DNA of 18,418 bases from Candidatus Xenobia bacterium (GCA_045863235.1 BTUM01000120.1:1-18418), one strand, 5' to 3'; shown: positions 1-8,784, counted from the stretch's first letter. Notes: generated by a model from the sequence alone, not told the origin. Numbers and translations are program-made.

Positions 1-340
1 CCGTGGTGGCTCCGCCCGAGCCTGAGCCTGCGGTGGTTGAGCCCGTAGCCGTGGTAGCTCCGCCCGAGCCTGAGCCTGCGGTGGTTGAGCCCGTAGCCGT
101 GGTGGCTCCGCCCGAGCCCGAGCCTGCGGTTGAGCCGGTAGAGGCGGTGGCTCCTCCCGAGCCTGAGCCTGCGGTTGAGCCGGTAGAGGCGGTGGCTCCG
201 CCCGAGCCCGAGCCTGCGGTGGTTGAGCCCGTGGCCGTGGTAGCTCCGCCCGAGCCTGAGCCTGCGGTTGAGCCGGTAGAGGCGGTGGCTCCTCCCGAGC
301 CTGAGCCTGCGGTTGAGCCGGTGGCGGTGGCTCCGCCCAT
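1..340 (+). repeat. In-frame coding minisatellite: 48-bp unit (VAPPEPEPAVVEPVAV) and 45-bp unit (VAPPEPEPAVEPVEA), at least 7 copies
   Basis: Near-identical nucleotide repeats (gtggctccgcccgagcctgagcctgcggt...) in the order A,A,B,B,A,B,B'. The array continues past the left edge. Confidence 0.9.
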
Positions 341-3300
341 GCCAGAGCCTGTGCCCGTGTCGCCGGTTCCCGAGACCGTGCCTGCTGCCTCGCCTTTGGC
401 CGAGCCCGTAGCTTTCTCGCCGGTTTCCGTGGCCCCACCTGCTCCCGAACCAGTGCCCACGGCTCCGCCGGCCCCAGTCGCGCCTGCTCCCACTGAGCCG
501 GTGGCCGAGGCCCCGCCTGCTCCCGAGCTGGCGGCCGTGGCCCCCGCGCCTGAATCCATAGCTCCGCCTGCTCCCGAGCCTGCACCCACGGCTCCGCCCG
601 CCCCCGAGCCGGCGGCCGTCGCTGCGCCATCCCCCGAGCCTGTGGCGCCCCCTGCGGATCTGCCAGCCGATGTCGTAGACGAGTCCTGGGTCACCCCGCA
701 GGCCGCTGGCCATACGGCCGTTGCCGAAGAGGAATCTGCCAGTCAGCTTGCTCAGGGCCTGGATCGCGACTACGGAGACACGCTCGAGTCGACCAGTGTC
801 AGCGCACCCACAGCCAGCCCGGGATTTGCCATTTCCGCCCCCCAGCCCGAGGAGCAAGCTCCCGTGCCCGGTGTCGAGCCGGTGGCAGCCGCTCCCTCTG
901 GCCGTTCCGGTGCCCTCGAGTGGGCTGTCTGGTCCGAGCAAGAGCGGTCCTTTGTGGATGCCACTCTGCGTCAACAGATCTACGATCCGGGCCTGGGGCC
1001 GGCTCAGACCTGGATCGAGCGCATCTTGCACTACAGTCGCACCCACACTTCAGGCTACCTGCTGGTGGACGGGGATGAGGGCGTGGGCAAGTCGCTGTTG
1101 TCCGAGGCCATCCTGGTCGAGCGGGCGGCGGGTCGCTTCGAGTTGGCCGTCGGCCGCTACTCGATCCAGCGCGGCGGGCAGGACGACTACTCAACCCTGA
1201 TCGAGGTCATCAACGAGTTCCTTCGATTGAATCTGCGCTGCGCCAATGCGGGACTGCGCACTCTCGACCTCCAGGTCACCCGCGACTATCAGGTCCGTTA
1301 TCGCGATCGCCGCGAACGCTTTGCCGCCTTCTTGCTGGGGCTGGCTCAGGTCAATGGCGGACGCCTGATGCTGATGCTCGACGGACTGGACGAGGTTGTG
1401 CCCGATGCCGGGTCCAAGGTCAAGCTGGCCGATTTCCTGCCGACCACGCTGCCGCAAGGGGTCTATGTGCTCCTGACCTACGAGCGTGGACGCATTCCTG
1501 AGTCCATCAAAGCGTGCCTGGGCGAGCTTGCAGAGCCTTTCCGCCTCTCCATCACCATGCAGGACAATTCTTATCAGGAATTCTTGCACGCCTGGTTGTC
1601 GCGCTATGTGCCTCTGGCCAACCCCCAGGAGCTTCAAACGGCTCTGGTGCGGGCCCAGGGACGCCTGGGCGTGGCTCGCCAGATGGCCGATCTCATGCAG
1701 GCCGGGTTCTTTGCCAACGCCTCCGAGCTGCCCACCCGGGAAACCCTTTACCCCGAGTTGATGCGCCAGTTCGAGCGCCACGCCGGAACGGAGCGTTTTC
1801 GAGCCCAGTTTCTCCACTTCTTCTTGCTGCTCTCGGCCGATTATGCCGCCGTTACCCTGGAGGACCTCGCCTGTTGGGGAGTCGAGGTGAACACCATCTT
1901 TGACGTGCTGCGCATCTGTCCGAGCCTGCTCTTGATGGAGAGCGATTGGACCGGGCCTACCATCGCGCTGGCCCACGACTCGCTGCGACGGTTCCTGTGG
2001 CAGAGCTATCCGGAGGAGACGCGCCAGATCTATCGCTCTCTCAGCGCCTGGATGGTGGAGTCCATTCTGGCCCCCGAGAGCAAGGGCGAGCCCGATGTCG
2101 GGCGCTCGAAATTCGCACGTCTTTACGAGTGGACCCTGGCTGCTCGGGACGCGGACCTGGCCGAATCGGTCGCTCGTTCCAAAGGGCTCTCGCGGCTGCG
2201 CATCTCCAGCTCGAACGAGTTGGAAACCAAGCTACGCTTTCATCAGAAAGTCTGCATTCTGGACTCCTGGAAGAACCTGCTCGAGTACCTGGTCCTCACT
2301 GAGAGCCGGGACGAATACCGCGAGGAGCTTGGCTGGGCTTACTCCAGTCGCGGCTTGACCTACCTGCGTATGGGCCAGTTCGAGCGAGCCCTGGAGGACA
2401 TTGGGGAGGCCATCACCCTCTTCATGCCCCTCATCGAGGAAGGACAGGACCAGCTGCGCAACGGACTGGCCGCAGCCTATAATCGCCGCAGCGAGGCCTG
2501 TCGTTACCTGGGCAATTTCGAACAGGCCCTGGCCGACGCCAGTCAGGCCGTCACGCAATACACCACCGTGGTGGAGCAGTTTGGTCGGGTCGATCTCAAG
2601 AACCTCCTGGGCATGGCCTACCAGAACCGGGCGGTCATCTGTCGCCATTACGGCGACCTGGTCACGGCTCGGGGCGACTGCAACACCGCCATCGAGCTGT
2701 ACGAGCAACTGCTGGCCTCCAATCCGAGGGTGCGCCAGGACCTGGCCTCCTGTTACCACACTCGGGGCGTCGTCTCGCTGGCCCTGGGTGAGTGTGAGCC
2801 AGCCGTGCTCGACTCGGGTCGGGCCATCGAGCACTTCACCGAACTGGTCGACCGCCAGGGTCGCACCGAGTTTGCCAACGACCTGGCGGCTGCCCACAAC
2901 AATCGGGGCGGCGCCTACCATCGACTGGGCCAGGCCGAGACAGCGCTGGTCGATTACGGTCGGGCCATCAACATTCGCCGCGACCTGGTCAATGCAGGCC
3001 GGCTCGATCTTCGCAACGACCTGGCCCTGACTCATACCAACCGGGGCATGCTGACCGACTATCTGGGCAAACGCGACGAGGCTCTGGTTGATTATGCGGC
3101 CGCGATCGAGTTGCGCCGCACCCTGGTCGAAGTGGAGCAGCGCAACGACCTGGCCGCCGACCTGGCCCAGACCTATACTTATCGAGGCGCCACCTTGCGG
3201 GCCCTGAAGCGCATTCAGGACGCCGTGATCGACTACAACAAAGCAGTCGATATCTATACCAGGCTGATTGAGAGCCGTCCGACACCCGAGTTGCTGCGCC

Positions 3301-5537
3301 AACTGGCACTGGCCCATAACAGCCTGGGCCTGATCTATCTCGACCAGGGCGAGTTGCAGAAGGCTGCCGACAGCTGCACGAGGGCTCTGGAGATCAACGA
3401 GAGCCTGTCCGAGGGCGAGGCTGGCCAGGAGCTGCGCGTGGATCGGGCCGTGGCTCGCAACAACCGGGGCGAGGCGCATCGTCGCGCGGGTGCCTTCCAC
3501 CCGGCTTTCGTGGACTACTCCGAGGCGGTGGAAGCTTACACCCACCTGATCGCCGAGGGCCGTCGTGACCTCATGCGTGACCTGGCGCTGTCTCAGAACA
3601 ACCGAGCCCGGGTGGCGCTGGTGCTGGGCGACGGCAAGACGGCACTGCACGACAGCTCGAGGGCGCTGGAGATCTTCATCTACCTCATCGAGCAGCAGGG
3701 TCGAGGCGACCTGTTGCCCCACCTGGGCGTGGCCTACTCCAACCGGGGCGCGGCTCAGACTCGCCTGAACTCCTTCGAGAAAGGACTGACCGACCTGGGC
3801 CGGGCCATCGATCTGTACCGATTGCTGATCGAGGACAGCGGACGCAACGAGTTCTTCGATGAGCTGGCCCTGGCTTACCGTCGACGGGCCAAAGCCCTGC
3901 TCGAGCTGGGCAAGCAGCAAGCCAGCGGCTCCAGCGAGCGAATGGTCTTCCCCAAGCAGGCCCTGGAGGACTTCACCCAGGCGGTCAACTTCTACGAGCA
4001 AGCAGTCAAACGAGACCAGGGTGGTCCTTACCAGATCGAGCTGGTGCGCACCCAGATTCTCCGCACCGAGTTGCACGAGGAGCTCGGCGACGTCAACGCC
4101 GCTCTGAAGGACGCCAGCAATGCAGTCGACTACTTTGCCGCCCGCATGGCCGAGGCCGACTACACAACCGTGCGCGACTTGCTGGCGGCCTTCAAGCGCC
4201 GCGCTGAGATCTACATGAACAACCGCCAGAACGACGAGGCGATGGTCGACTTCGGGCGGCTGATCAACCTGTGCGTGGCAGCCATGGAGCGAGACAGCGC
4301 CTCCGACTACCGCCCCGACCTGGCTGAGGCATACAACAACCGGGCCTGGACCCGGAGCATTATGGGTCAGATCGAAGAGTCACTCAAGGACTTCGCCCAG
4401 TCACTGGACATCTATGGGCAGCTGGTGATTCAGGAGAAGCGCTTCGAGTATGGCGACTCCCTCGCCTGGACCTATAACAATCGAGCCACCACGCTCAAGC
4501 AGGCTGGACAGCAGGCTCCCGCCCTCAAGGACTACACGGATGCCATCGAGATTTACAACATTCTGGTCGGGCAAGGACGCGATGACCTGTCTTTGCGACT
4601 CTCCACGGCTCTCCTGAACAGGGGCCTGCTGCATCAGGACATGGGCAGCTACGATCAGGCGATGGTGGATATGACCCGGGCGGTGGAGCTGCGCATCGCG
4701 GATGCCCGCCGCGAGCCAAGTGCGGCTTCCCTGGCCGAGGTGGCCTCGGGATTGAGCACCCGCGGACTTCTCAATCACCACATGGGCAACGCTCAGGGGG
4801 CCATGGAGGACTACCAGGGCGCCATCAGCTTCTATACCGACCTGGTCGAGTCACGCGGTCGGCAGGACCTGGCCCCCGAATTGGGCCGCGCCCTGGTGGC
4901 TCGCAGCATGCTGGGCATCGGCCCGGGTCAGGATGATCAGGCGTTTGCGGCCCTCACCAAGGCGATTCAAGTGGTCAACAAGTCGGCCAGCCTGGGGCAC
5001 GATTTCCCGGCCTCGTTCCCGGTGCACTTCCTCAAGGCCGCCGCCACCGTGACCAGCACGCGCGACATCAACGAGTGTCTCGATCTTCTGACCGGAATCT
5101 CCGAGCTCTTCAACCACCTGCTCGAACGACCCCGCCTGGTGCAAGATTGGGGCGCCTACGCAGAAGCGCTGACCGAGCTCTCCATGCGTGTGCCGGCCGA
5201 CCGGCGTAGCTCGCTGCGTGGGGCGCTCCTGGCCCTGGCAGTGGTATATGCCCTGGGCGAGGTAGAGACCAAGGGCAACCATGGCCTGCCAACGCTGGTA
5301 CGTGCCCTGCACCGGCTGGGCGAAGCTCTCGAGCGCAGTAAAGTCCCGGGCAACCTCAACAAGGTTGGCTTGAGCTTCAAGACCCTCATGAAGCGAGTGC
5401 CTGAGTATCGGGGAAGCGAAGACTTCCGCACGGCCCTGGAAGCGATGGTGCGTCTCTGGCAGGCGTTGCCGGCTGCTGTGCCAGCCCACGCCCAGGTCTC
5501 CCGCTTTGACCTGGCTCACCTGCTGAAAACGATCTGA
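1..5537 (+). CDS. 5'-truncated giant protein (>1844 aa): Pro/Glu/Ala/Val low-complexity region, STAND/NACHT-like P-loop NTPase, ~19 TPR-like repeats, helical C-terminus
   Basis: Frame is open from the window edge to TGA at 5535-5537. Walker A GDEGVGKS at 1071-1094; Walker B LMLDGLDE at ~1371-1394. About 19 repeats of ~45-47 aa with consensus L-A-x-A-Y-N-N-R-G between ~2330 and ~4980. Confidence 0.9.
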   Translation, partial: VVAPPEPEPAVVEPVAVVAPPEPEPAVVEPVAVVAPPEPEPAVEPVEAVAPPEPEPAVEPVEAVAPPEPEPAVVEPVAVVAPPEPEPAVEPVEAVAPPEPEPAVEPVAVAPPMPEPVPVSPVPETVPAASPLAEPVAFSPVSVAPPAPEPVPTAPPAPVAPAPTEPVAEAPPAPELAAVAPAPESIAPPAPEPAPTAPPAPEPAAVAAPSPEPVAPPADLPADVVDESWVTPQAAGHTAVAEEESASQLAQGLDRDYGDTLESTSVSAPTASPGFAISAPQPEEQAPVPGVEPVAAAPSGRSGALEWAVWSEQERSFVDATLRQQIYDPGLGPAQTWIERILHYSRTHTSGYLLVDGDEGVGKSLLSEAILVERAAGRFELAVGRYSIQRGGQDDYSTLIEVINEFLRLNLRCANAGLRTLDLQVTRDYQVRYRDRRERFAAFLLGLAQVNGGRLMLMLDGLDEVVPDAGSKVKLADFLPTTLPQGVYVLLTYERGRIPESIKACLGELAEPFRLSITMQDNSYQEFLHAWLSRYVPLANPQELQTALVRAQGRLGVARQMADLMQAGFFANASELPTRETLYPELMRQFERHAGTERFRAQFLHFFLLLSADYAAVTLEDLACWGVEVNTIFDVLRICPSLLLMESDWTGPTIALAHDSLRRFLWQSYPEETRQIYRSLSAWMVESILAPESKGEPDVGRSKFARLYEWTLAARDADLAESVARSKGLSRLRISSSNELETKLRFHQKVCILDSWKNLLEYLVLTESRDEYREELGWAYSSRGLTYLRMGQFERALEDIGEAITLFMPLIEEGQDQLRNGLAAAYNRRSEACRYLGNFEQALADASQAVTQYTTVVEQFGRVDLKNLLGMAYQNRAVICRHYGDLVTARGDCNTAIELYEQLLASNPRVRQDLASCYHTRGVVSLALGECEPAVLDSGRAIEHFTELVDRQGRTEFANDLAAAHNNRGGAYHRLGQAETALVDYGRAINIRRDLVNAGRLDLRNDLALTHTNRGMLTDYLGKRDEALVDYAAAIELRRTLVEVEQRNDLAADLAQTYTYRGATLRALKRIQDAVIDYNKAVDIYTRLIESRPTPELLRQLALAHNSLGLIYLDQGELQKAADSCTRALEINESLSEGEAGQELRVDRAVARNNRGEAHRRAGAFHPAFVDYSEAVEAYTHLIAEGRRDLMRDLALSQNNRARVALVLGDGKTALHDSSRALEIFIYLIEQQGRGDLLPHLGVAYSNRGAAQTRLNSFEKGLTDLGRAIDLYRLLIEDSGRNEFFDELALAYRRRAKALLELGKQQASGSSERMVFPKQALEDFTQAVNFYEQAVKRDQGGPYQIELVRTQILRTELHEELGDVNAALKDASNAVDYFAARMAEADYTTVRDLLAAFKRRAEIYMNNRQNDEAMVDFGRLINLCVAAMERDSASDYRPDLAEAYNNRAWTRSIMGQIEESLKDFAQSLDIYGQLVIQEKRFEYGDSLAWTYNNRATTLKQAGQQAPALKDYTDAIEIYNILVGQGRDDLSLRLSTALLNRGLLHQDMGSYDQAMVDMTRAVELRIADARREPSAASLAEVASGLSTRGLLNHHMGNAQGAMEDYQGAISFYTDLVESRGRQDLAPELGRALVARSMLGIGPGQDDQAFAALTKAIQVVNKSASLGHDFPASFPVHFLKAAATVTSTRDINECLDLLTGISELFNHLLERPRLVQDWGAYAEALTELSMRVPADRRSSLRGALLALAVVYALGEVETKGNHGLPTLVRALHRLGEALERSKVPGNLNKVGLSFKTLMKRVPEYRGSEDFRTALEAMVRLWQALPAAVPAHAQVSRFDLAHLLKTI

Positions 5538-5541
5538 CCGC

Positions 5542-5928
5542 TCAGGCCCGCTCGCACATCCCCCAGAAGGCGCTCAGGCTGTCCATCTGGGCTTTCAAAT
5601 CCTCTCCATCGAGTCGGGCCAGAACGGAGCTGGCGCCCGACTCGTAGGCGGTGGCCGTCAACTCGGGGTTGGACTCGCGGACCACGACCGGCAGGCCCAG
5701 CAGGTCCTCCTGGCTGCGTATCCGCTGCAAAAGCTCCAGGCCCCCCATCCCGGGAAGGCTAAGGCTCAGCAAGATCACCTTGGGCAGTTGTCGGTCCTGG
5801 GCGGGAGGATTCCCCAGCAGATAGTTGAGGGCCGACTCAGCGTCTTTCATCGCCAGCACGACTTCGGGCTGCAATGCCTGGCTCAGCTGCCCGGCCACCC
5901 CGGGGTCGGCTTCCACCAGTAAAATCAC
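5542..5928 (-). CDS. Single-domain CheY/Rcp1-like response regulator, degenerate (pseudo-receiver)
   Basis: ILLVEAD...ALNYLLG...LPKVILLSLSLPGMGGLELLQRIR...LPVVV...AYESGASS...AFW follows the Rcp1-like pattern. GTG at 5928 is preferred over TTG at 5937 because the SD-like AGGGGG lies 9 nt upstream of the GTG. Confidence 0.8.
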   Translation of the reverse strand: MILLVEADPGVAGQLSQALQPEVVLAMKDAESALNYLLGNPPAQDRQLPKVILLSLSLPGMGGLELLQRIRSQEDLLGLPVVVRESNPELTATAYESGASSVLARLDGEDLKAQMDSLSAFWGMCERA

Positions 5929-6017
5929 TTCAATCAACCCCCCTGCATCAAGAAGAGAGGCCTGCCAGAACTCGGTTTGGGCTGCCTCGAATCCAATGAC
6001 TCCCCGCTCGAGTCGCC

Positions 6018-6046
6018 AGTGTATCCGGTCGGCAGTCGAGCGTCAA
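6018..6046 (-). promoter_or_regulatory. Sigma70-type promoter for the receiver gene: TTGACG-N17-TACACT
   Basis: -35 at 6041-6046 and -10 at 6018-6023 with a 17-nt spacer. The -35 lies inside the palindrome GTCGAGC-N5-GCTCGAC (6035-6053). Confidence 0.65.
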
Positions 6047-6094
6047 GCTCGACCGGTCCTCGATCCTGGCAGAGCTTCCCGATTCTTGGAGAAA

Positions 6095-6119
6095 TGAAAA
6101 CAGCCCCTTTCGGGGCTGT
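6095..6119 (-). terminator. Intrinsic terminator of the 270-aa gene
   Basis: Minus strand ACAGCCCC-GAAA-GGGGCTGT followed by TTTCA, about 20 nt after the stop codon. Confidence 0.75.
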
Positions 6120-6140
6120 CGGTCCAATCGCCGGGAGGCT

Positions 6141-6953
6141 TCAGGCCGCCACGGCAATGGTGGCCGGGGAAGCGGCCGGAGGAGCCTGGGGAGGCGGCGG
6201 AGGGGCGTTCTGCTGGTCGGTCTGCATGTTGACCTGGCCGCGCTCGCGGAGGTACTGCAGCACGTGGTAAGAGTAAGCGGCGATGTCGCCGGCCAGACCG
6301 ATGGCGGTCATGGTGGGGGCCACGCTGGCCAGAGCCGGGATGAACTTATCACCCAGGGCGCCCACCACGCCGATCACGTCGGTGACCACGTGAGCGGTGT
6401 CGATGATCTTGGTGGCCCGGTCGGCATCTTTGTTCTTCCAGGTGTCGACGGCTTTCTTGCTGTCGAGCACCAGGGCCGTGATACGCAGCATCGGCAGGAA
6501 GGCGTTCTCGGCGAACTGGGATGCGCTGTCGGGAAGCCCGCTGTAGACCTGGGTCTTGACGCCCAGAGCAGCCTCTTTGAAGGCGAAGGCCGGGTCGGCC
6601 TTGACCAGGTTGGCGGCTTCCTCGGCGGCGGCCGTGATGAACATCTGGCTGCCTTTGATGAAGCGGGACATGATGCCCGGGCTCTCGTTCTTGATCTGCA
6701 GAACCTGCTCGCCGTTGACCGTGATGGTCACCTGGTCGCCGCTGCCCATCTTGTTGAGCACCTTCTTGGTGAACTCAGGCGAAGAGGTCAGGTTCTCCAG
6801 GATGCGAGCGGCCGCATCGGGGTTCTCAGCATTCGGCTTGGCGGGCTGACCCTGAGCCTGCTGCTCGGGGGCCTGGGCCTGCTGCGCCGGCTGCTGCGCG
6901 TTTGAGGAAGTGGGGCGAAACGTGCGCGCCATCGGTGCGTTTGTAATAACCAT
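6141..6953 (-). CDS. Hypothetical 270-aa protein: Q/A/P-rich ends and Gly/Ala-rich hydrophobic C-terminal helices
   Basis: GGAGG SD about 8 nt before the ATG, own promoter and terminator, host-like codon usage. Confidence 0.8.
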   Translation of the reverse strand: MVITNAPMARTFRPTSSNAQQPAQQAQAPEQQAQGQPAKPNAENPDAAARILENLTSSPEFTKKVLNKMGSGDQVTITVNGEQVLQIKNESPGIMSRFIKGSQMFITAAAEEAANLVKADPAFAFKEAALGVKTQVYSGLPDSASQFAENAFLPMLRITALVLDSKKAVDTWKNKDADRATKIIDTAHVVTDVIGVVGALGDKFIPALASVAPTMTAIGLAGDIAAYSYHVLQYLRERGQVNMQTDQQNAPPPPPQAPPAASPATIAVAA

Positions 6954-6992
6954 TGGGGTCAGCCTCCAGATTTTTTTGTCTCGGTCGAGGAC

Positions 6993-7037
6993 AATATAGT
7001 GAGCTTCAGGTCAGGCATGTTTGCCAGGGTGTTAACA
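6993..7037 (-). promoter_or_regulatory. Promoter: -10 TATATT with upstream palindrome TGTTAACA (GTTAAC-N32-TATATT)
   Basis: GTTAAC at 7031-7036, -10 at 6993-6998, 32-nt spacer, no recognisable -35. Confidence 0.55.
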
Positions 7038-7040
7038 GAC

Positions 7041-7059
7041 GGCCTGATTGTTTCAGGCT
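7041..7059. terminator. Hairpin just downstream of the 573-aa gene stop; possible weak terminator or stability element
   Basis: GGCCTGA-TTGTT-TCAGGCT, with no good U-tract on the minus strand. Confidence 0.35.
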
Positions 7060-7062
7060 TCC

Positions 7063-8784
7063 TTAAGGGTTGGGTCGCGAGAGCACAAATTCGTGGTCAT
7101 TCACCTGGCGCACGCCGTAGCCGGAGTTGCCGTAGCGCGAGATAACCACCTGGTCGTTGCCGTCCGAGAGACTCCAGCGCTCCTTCTCGCCCAGCATTTT
7201 CGGCTTGAGGGCGCTGGGGAGATAGTCTTTCAGCCGGCGGGTGTGGCTCATGGAGACGGCCTGATCGTTCTTGATGGTCAGGTCGCCCGAGTCCACCGAA
7301 ACCGAGAAGGTCTGATCGTCCTCGCGAACGATCTTGCCCTTGCCGCCGCTGAACGTGACTTCCCAGCCCGAGTCGAAGAGGTAACGATCGCCCTGGCGCA
7401 CGTAGGCGCCTCCCTCGATGGTGGCGCGGGCTTCCGGTTTCTCGCGGTAGAGGGGCCAGACGAAGCTGGAGGCTCCCCAGAGGGCGGCACCGGCCGCTGC
7501 GATCGGTAGAGAAGCGGCCGGGAAGGCCGACACCGCAGCCACGGTGGCCGAGTAGCTGCCCAGATAGAGGGCTCGGCTGATGGAAGCCTCCACCCCCAGA
7601 ATCTGGTAGAAGTTCTTGGAGTACTCGGCGGCGCCCTTGAGGTTGGACTTGTTGATGAGCTGGTCGCGCACGGCCAGGTCGGCCTTGCCGCTCACCACTC
7701 CCGTCAGGGCGCCGATGACGGCCATGGACGAATAGAGCCCGATGAAGGCGGTGCCCGGGCTCGGGCCCATCATCGAGATGAGCTTCGGGTGAAGGCCCAG
7801 GGTACAGCCCACCCGGACCGCCCGGGCACCGGCCGTGGCCAGCCCGATCTTCTTGAGGCTCTCCACCGGTCGGTCGGAATTGACGGCATTATCCACCACG
7901 CTGCCCAGCATGCTCTCGCCCAGAATGCCCACCGCCGGGCTGCCGATGTTGCCGATGGAGCTGATGGTGGAGGCGATCCCATAGGCCGTTCCCTGCTTCC
8001 AGAGCTCGGGCGTGATCACGCCCAGCACCATGGCCGCCCCCACCTCGTCGAGCACGTCCCCCACCTTGAGAGCGCGATACTCCGGCGACTCCTTGAACAG
8101 ATCATAGAAGACGTTGAACTTCTCTGCGAACGACTTCTTGCGAAAGTCAAACATCTGAACCCCGAGCTCATCGGGAAGCCCGAAGGCCTGCTTGAACGGG
8201 GCCGGCAGCAGCATCTCGCCCACCGGAAGCGTCTCCTTGGCCTCAAAGCCATTGTCGGTGAGCCACTTCGTCATGTTGGGGTCGGCCGTGGTTGGAACGG
8301 CCAGTCGCTTGCTGACGATCATCGTGCCGAAGTAGCGGTTGTTTCCCAACGGGGTCATCAACTCGTTGCGGTAGACCGCGTTCGGGTCGAAGTCGGCGTT
8401 CTTGACGTCGTAGACGGAGAACACCGAGCCTGGACCGGCCGGAGCGGCAGCTCGCAGCGCATCCACCACCAGGCCCTGGTTGGCGTCGGAGTGGTAGACG
8501 ACCGACAGGCGGATGTCCTTCATCTCGCTCGACCGAGCCAGGTCGACGAAGGCGGGGTCGAGTCCGAACTGCCGGGCGGCAAAGTCGATGTTGCCGGTGG
8601 TGAGCGGAAACTCGTCGTAGTTCACGCCCTCTCGGAAGAGAGGGTTCGACTCCAGGCGTCGATTGGAGACCGGGCCGGGAGTGCCGCGCGCGGGCGCCGG
8701 CGTGGGCGCGGGCTGATTCTTGGAAGAAGCCGCCTTGCGCGGAATGCGCGCCAGGGCGGGGGCGGAGAGCATCTGTACGTTCAT
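7063..8784 (-). CDS. Hypothetical 573-aa membrane protein: soluble N-domain, ~6-helix half-MFS-like core, beta-rich C-domain
   Basis: Long ORF with host-like codon usage. Hydrophobic segments at ~7456-8083. EYRALKVGDVLDEVG and LGSVVD resemble MFS TM1 and motif A. Confidence 0.8.
   Translation of the reverse strand: MNVQMLSAPALARIPRKAASSKNQPAPTPAPARGTPGPVSNRRLESNPLFREGVNYDEFPLTTGNIDFAARQFGLDPAFVDLARSSEMKDIRLSVVYHSDANQGLVVDALRAAAPAGPGSVFSVYDVKNADFDPNAVYRNELMTPLGNNRYFGTMIVSKRLAVPTTADPNMTKWLTDNGFEAKETLPVGEMLLPAPFKQAFGLPDELGVQMFDFRKKSFAEKFNVFYDLFKESPEYRALKVGDVLDEVGAAMVLGVITPELWKQGTAYGIASTISSIGNIGSPAVGILGESMLGSVVDNAVNSDRPVESLKKIGLATAGARAVRVGCTLGLHPKLISMMGPSPGTAFIGLYSSMAVIGALTGVVSGKADLAVRDQLINKSNLKGAAEYSKNFYQILGVEASISRALYLGSYSATVAAVSAFPAASLPIAAAGAALWGASSFVWPLYREKPEARATIEGGAYVRQGDRYLFDSGWEVTFSGGKGKIVREDDQTFSVSVDSGDLTIKNDQAVSMSHTRRLKDYLPSALKPKMLGEKERWSLSDGNDQVVISRYGNSGYGVRQVNDHEFVLSRPNP

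Noticed and set aside
1..340. CRISPR array interpretation of the tandem repeats
   Set aside because: The units are contiguous multiples of 3 within a CDS, with no unique spacers and no cas genes.
2232..4076. 614-aa minus-strand ORF, plus other long ORFs within 700-5520
   Set aside because: Antisense or alternate-frame shadows of the GC-rich STAND-TPR gene, with no recognisable motifs.
900..5537. Naming the STAND-TPR protein as a specific Avs type
   Set aside because: No effector domain or defence-island context is visible; an HMM comparison is needed.
5948..6270. Small ORFs 5948-6157 (-) and 5977-6270 (+)
   Set aside because: They overlap a clear terminator and promoter and show no coding features.
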